Below, in pieces: positions 61,857 to 64,000 of a stretch of 64,000 bases of DNA. Position 1 is the first letter of the stretch. Every line of letters begins with the position of its first letter. The translations under genes were made by a program, and so were the position numbers. The stretch is from Calditrichales bacterium (GTDB taxonomy: Bacteria; Calditrichota; Calditrichia; Calditrichales; J004). A model generated the notes under the pieces. The model saw only the letters and a program-made list of their open reading frames with translations, was not told where the DNA came from and did no database searches. The stretch lies in the NCBI GenBank assembly GCA_965267575.1, contig OZ254086.1, forward strand, positions 3,968,001 through 4,032,000, given 5' to 3'.

Positions 61857-64000
61857 CTAGGCCAGCTTTAGAGAATAATCCTCTACCGTATCTTGCGTAA
61901 AGGGGTTTTCTTCCCTGAAGTTTTTCATTTCCTGCTGGTGTTCCAGCGCGTTCTCCATCTGCTTAATCAACACTTTCGGATCAATCGGCTTAACCAGGAA
62001 ACCGTCCGCGCCAAGTTGAAAAACCTTCTCTTCGCTTTTGGACGTTTTGAGCGCTGTAAAAATTAATACCGGTATTGAGGCATATTCCTTGCGCGCTTTC
62101 AGTTCCTGCAACAACTCATAGCCGTCCATATTTGGCATCATCACATCGAGGATAATCAGGTCAGGCGGATCCGCTTCGATAACGTCCAGTGCTTTCTCGC
62201 CGTCTTCCGCTTCAAAAACCTGCCACTTTGTGGAGCGTTGAATAATTTTGCTCACCATCAGACGGGTCGTAGAAGAGTCGTCCGTAACGAGGATCTTGAA
62301 TTCCTGTTGTGTGAGATCAAACGCTTTTTCCGGCGTACCCTGCTCTTCCGCCAGTTCCGGCTTTTCATTACCGGCAGCCGGTGGCGTTGCCGTGGCCGGT
62401 TGCGGCGTCAGATCCAGCTTAAGCTTTTCGGTTTCTGCTGCCGTTTCCTTCGCTTCATGCGCGGCCTCTGTTTCATCGTCCTGCTGCAGCGACGGATTGA
62501 TCACGCGGATAATTTCATTGTAGTCGGTTATACCGCTGGCGACCAGCTCAATCCCATCTTCAAAGAGGTTCCGAAAACCGTTTTTACGGGCCTGGCGGCG
62601 CATTTTCTGAACACTGGCATCTCCGGCGATCAGGTCGCGGATGTCATCATCCAGCAACAGAATTTCGTAAACGCCGATACGCCCCTTGTAGCCGGTGTAT
62701 CCGCAACGGGCACAGCCTTTCGGCTCAAACAGCTGCGGCTTCAGGCCGGATTTGCTCATCAGCGTCAGCAGCTTCGGATCAACATCATCGTGGTTCACTT
62801 CGTGTTTGCAATGCTTGCACAGCCTGCGTACAAGGCGTTGCGCCACAACAGCCTGCAGCGCTTCGGTGATCTTAAACTTATCCACGCCCATATCTTTCAG
62901 TCGTGTAACGGTGGTAAACGTGTCGTTCGTGTGCAACGTGCTTAAAACGAGGTGTCCTGTCAGCGAAGCCTGAATGCCAATCTCAGCCGTCTCTTTGTCA
63001 CGGATCTCACCAACAAGAATTACATCGGGGTCCTGGCGCAGAAACGATCGCAAAGCGCTGGCAAAAGTAACGCCCGCTTTTTCATTTACCTGCACCTGGT
63101 TAATGCCGTCAAACATGTATTCGATCGGATCTTCGATGGTAAGAATATTATTGGTAGTTGAGCGGATACGATTGATCGCGGCATAGAGCGTCGTGCTTTT
63201 ACCCGAACCGGTAGGGCCGGTTACCAATACCATGCCCTGCTTAAAGTTGAAGCACTTTTCAAGCTGGTCGCGGTTGTATCCTTTGATGCCCATTTGATCC
63301 AGCGAAACGGACGCGTTGCGCTTGTCCAGTATCCGGATCACTACTTTTTCACCAAAGCTGGTCGGCAAAATGGATATACGCAGGTCGACATCCTTGTCTT
63401 CAATTAAGACTTTGGCTTTACCGTCCTGCGGCTTGCGCGTTTCAGCTATATTGAGGTTGGATATAATCTTTATGCGACTCGCAAGCGCGGAATGTACGGT
63501 GCGCGGCACTTCCAGTTCGTTGCGCAAAACGCCGTCAATACGGAACCGCACCTGAACCGATTTTTCCTTGGGCTCGATATGGATGTCGCTGGCCTCTTTT
63601 GCAATTGAATCTCCGATGATCTGATTTACCAGCTTTACAACGGGCGAGGTGCTGTCAAAATTAGTATCCCCGACAAATCGGATATTGAGATTATCGCTGC
63701 TTTTGCTTACAAAATCGGTGATAACTTTTTCGGGAGAATAGTATTGGCCGATCTTTTCCTTGATGATATCGACCGGCGCGAAGTACTTTTTTACATACTT
63801 GCGTGTCAGATATTCAATTTCGTTTTCCGCGTCCAGGTTAAAAGGGTTGGAAAGTGCCACCGCGATATGTGTGGCATTTGCCTGCAGCGGCAAAAGACCG
63901 AAGCGCTGACAAAGATCCTCAGGAATCAGTTTGATAACGTCGCTCTCAGCATCAACCTTGTCCAGATTGACCGTAGGTATTTGCAAGGCGACCTTTACAA
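61857..64000 (-). CDS. pilB: PilB/GspE assembly ATPase with C-terminal receiver domain (5'-truncated by the window)
   Basis: ASDIHIEP, PQDG, GPTGSGKSTT, LRQDPD, STLHTN, CKHC..CARC, then a REC domain; frame stays open to 64000. Confidence 0.93.
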   Translation of the reverse strand, partial: VKVALQIPTVNLDKVDAESDVIKLIPEDLCQRFGLLPLQANATHIAVALSNPFNLDAENEIEYLTRKYVKKYFAPVDIIKEKIGQYYSPEKVITDFVSKSSDNLNIRFVGDTNFDSTSPVVKLVNQIIGDSIAKEASDIHIEPKEKSVQVRFRIDGVLRNELEVPRTVHSALASRIKIISNLNIAETRKPQDGKAKVLIEDKDVDLRISILPTSFGEKVVIRILDKRNASVSLDQMGIKGYNRDQLEKCFNFKQGMVLVTGPTGSGKSTTLYAAINRIRSTTNNILTIEDPIEYMFDGINQVQVNEKAGVTFASALRSFLRQDPDVILVGEIRDKETAEIGIQASLTGHLVLSTLHTNDTFTTVTRLKDMGVDKFKITEALQAVVAQRLVRRLCKHCKHEVNHDDVDPKLLTLMSKSGLKPQLFEPKGCARCGYTGYKGRIGVYEILLLDDDIRDLIAGDASVQKMRRQARKNGFRNLFEDGIELVASGITDYNEIIRVINPSLQQDDETEAAHEAKETAAETEKLKLDLTPQPATATPPAAGNEKPELAEEQGTPEKAFDLTQQEFKILVTDDSSTTRLMVSKIIQRSTKWQVFEAEDGEKALDVIEADPPDLIILDVMMPNMDGYELLQELKARKEYASIPVLIFTALKTSKSEEKVFQLGADGFLVKPIDPKVLIKQMENALEHQQEMKNFREENPFTQDTVEDYSLKLA

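Overview
A gene-dense 64 kb bacterial chromosome segment, mostly on the minus strand. The organism is diderm (TolC, secretin, lipoproteins). The gene mix suggests an FCB-group lineage such as Calditrichota or KSB1, but this is only an impression. I found no rRNA, tRNA, CRISPR array, transposase or phage gene. From 0.25 to 34.7 kb the window is mostly housekeeping: comM, tsaD, a YbbR/CdaR-like gene, a DUF62 SAM hydrolase, mutM, aspC, trpEG, a CorC-like gene, ybeY, a 7TM-HD phosphohydrolase, two acyl-CoA dehydrogenases, panD, miaB, mtaB, a MATE pump, a hybrid sensor kinase, clpB, tatA, hsp20 and radA. Next come a secreted beta-helix protein and a TetR-TolC-MFP-RND efflux operon. A plus-strand five-gene cluster at 42.7-50.0 kb encodes NamZ, a soluble double GT2, a divergent ROK kinase, a SpoIID-like enzyme with no signal peptide, and an AmpG permease with a ~200 aa periplasmic insertion. 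It is the best candidate for an uncharacterised cell-wall glycan salvage system. The window ends in a compact type IV pilus/T2SS-like operon with a PilB-receiver fusion, a PilM-PilN fusion and a PilX-like pilin carrying an inserted domain. clpB and hsp20 share an identically spaced sigma54-like promoter plus an upstream box. All calls come from reading motifs; no searches were run.
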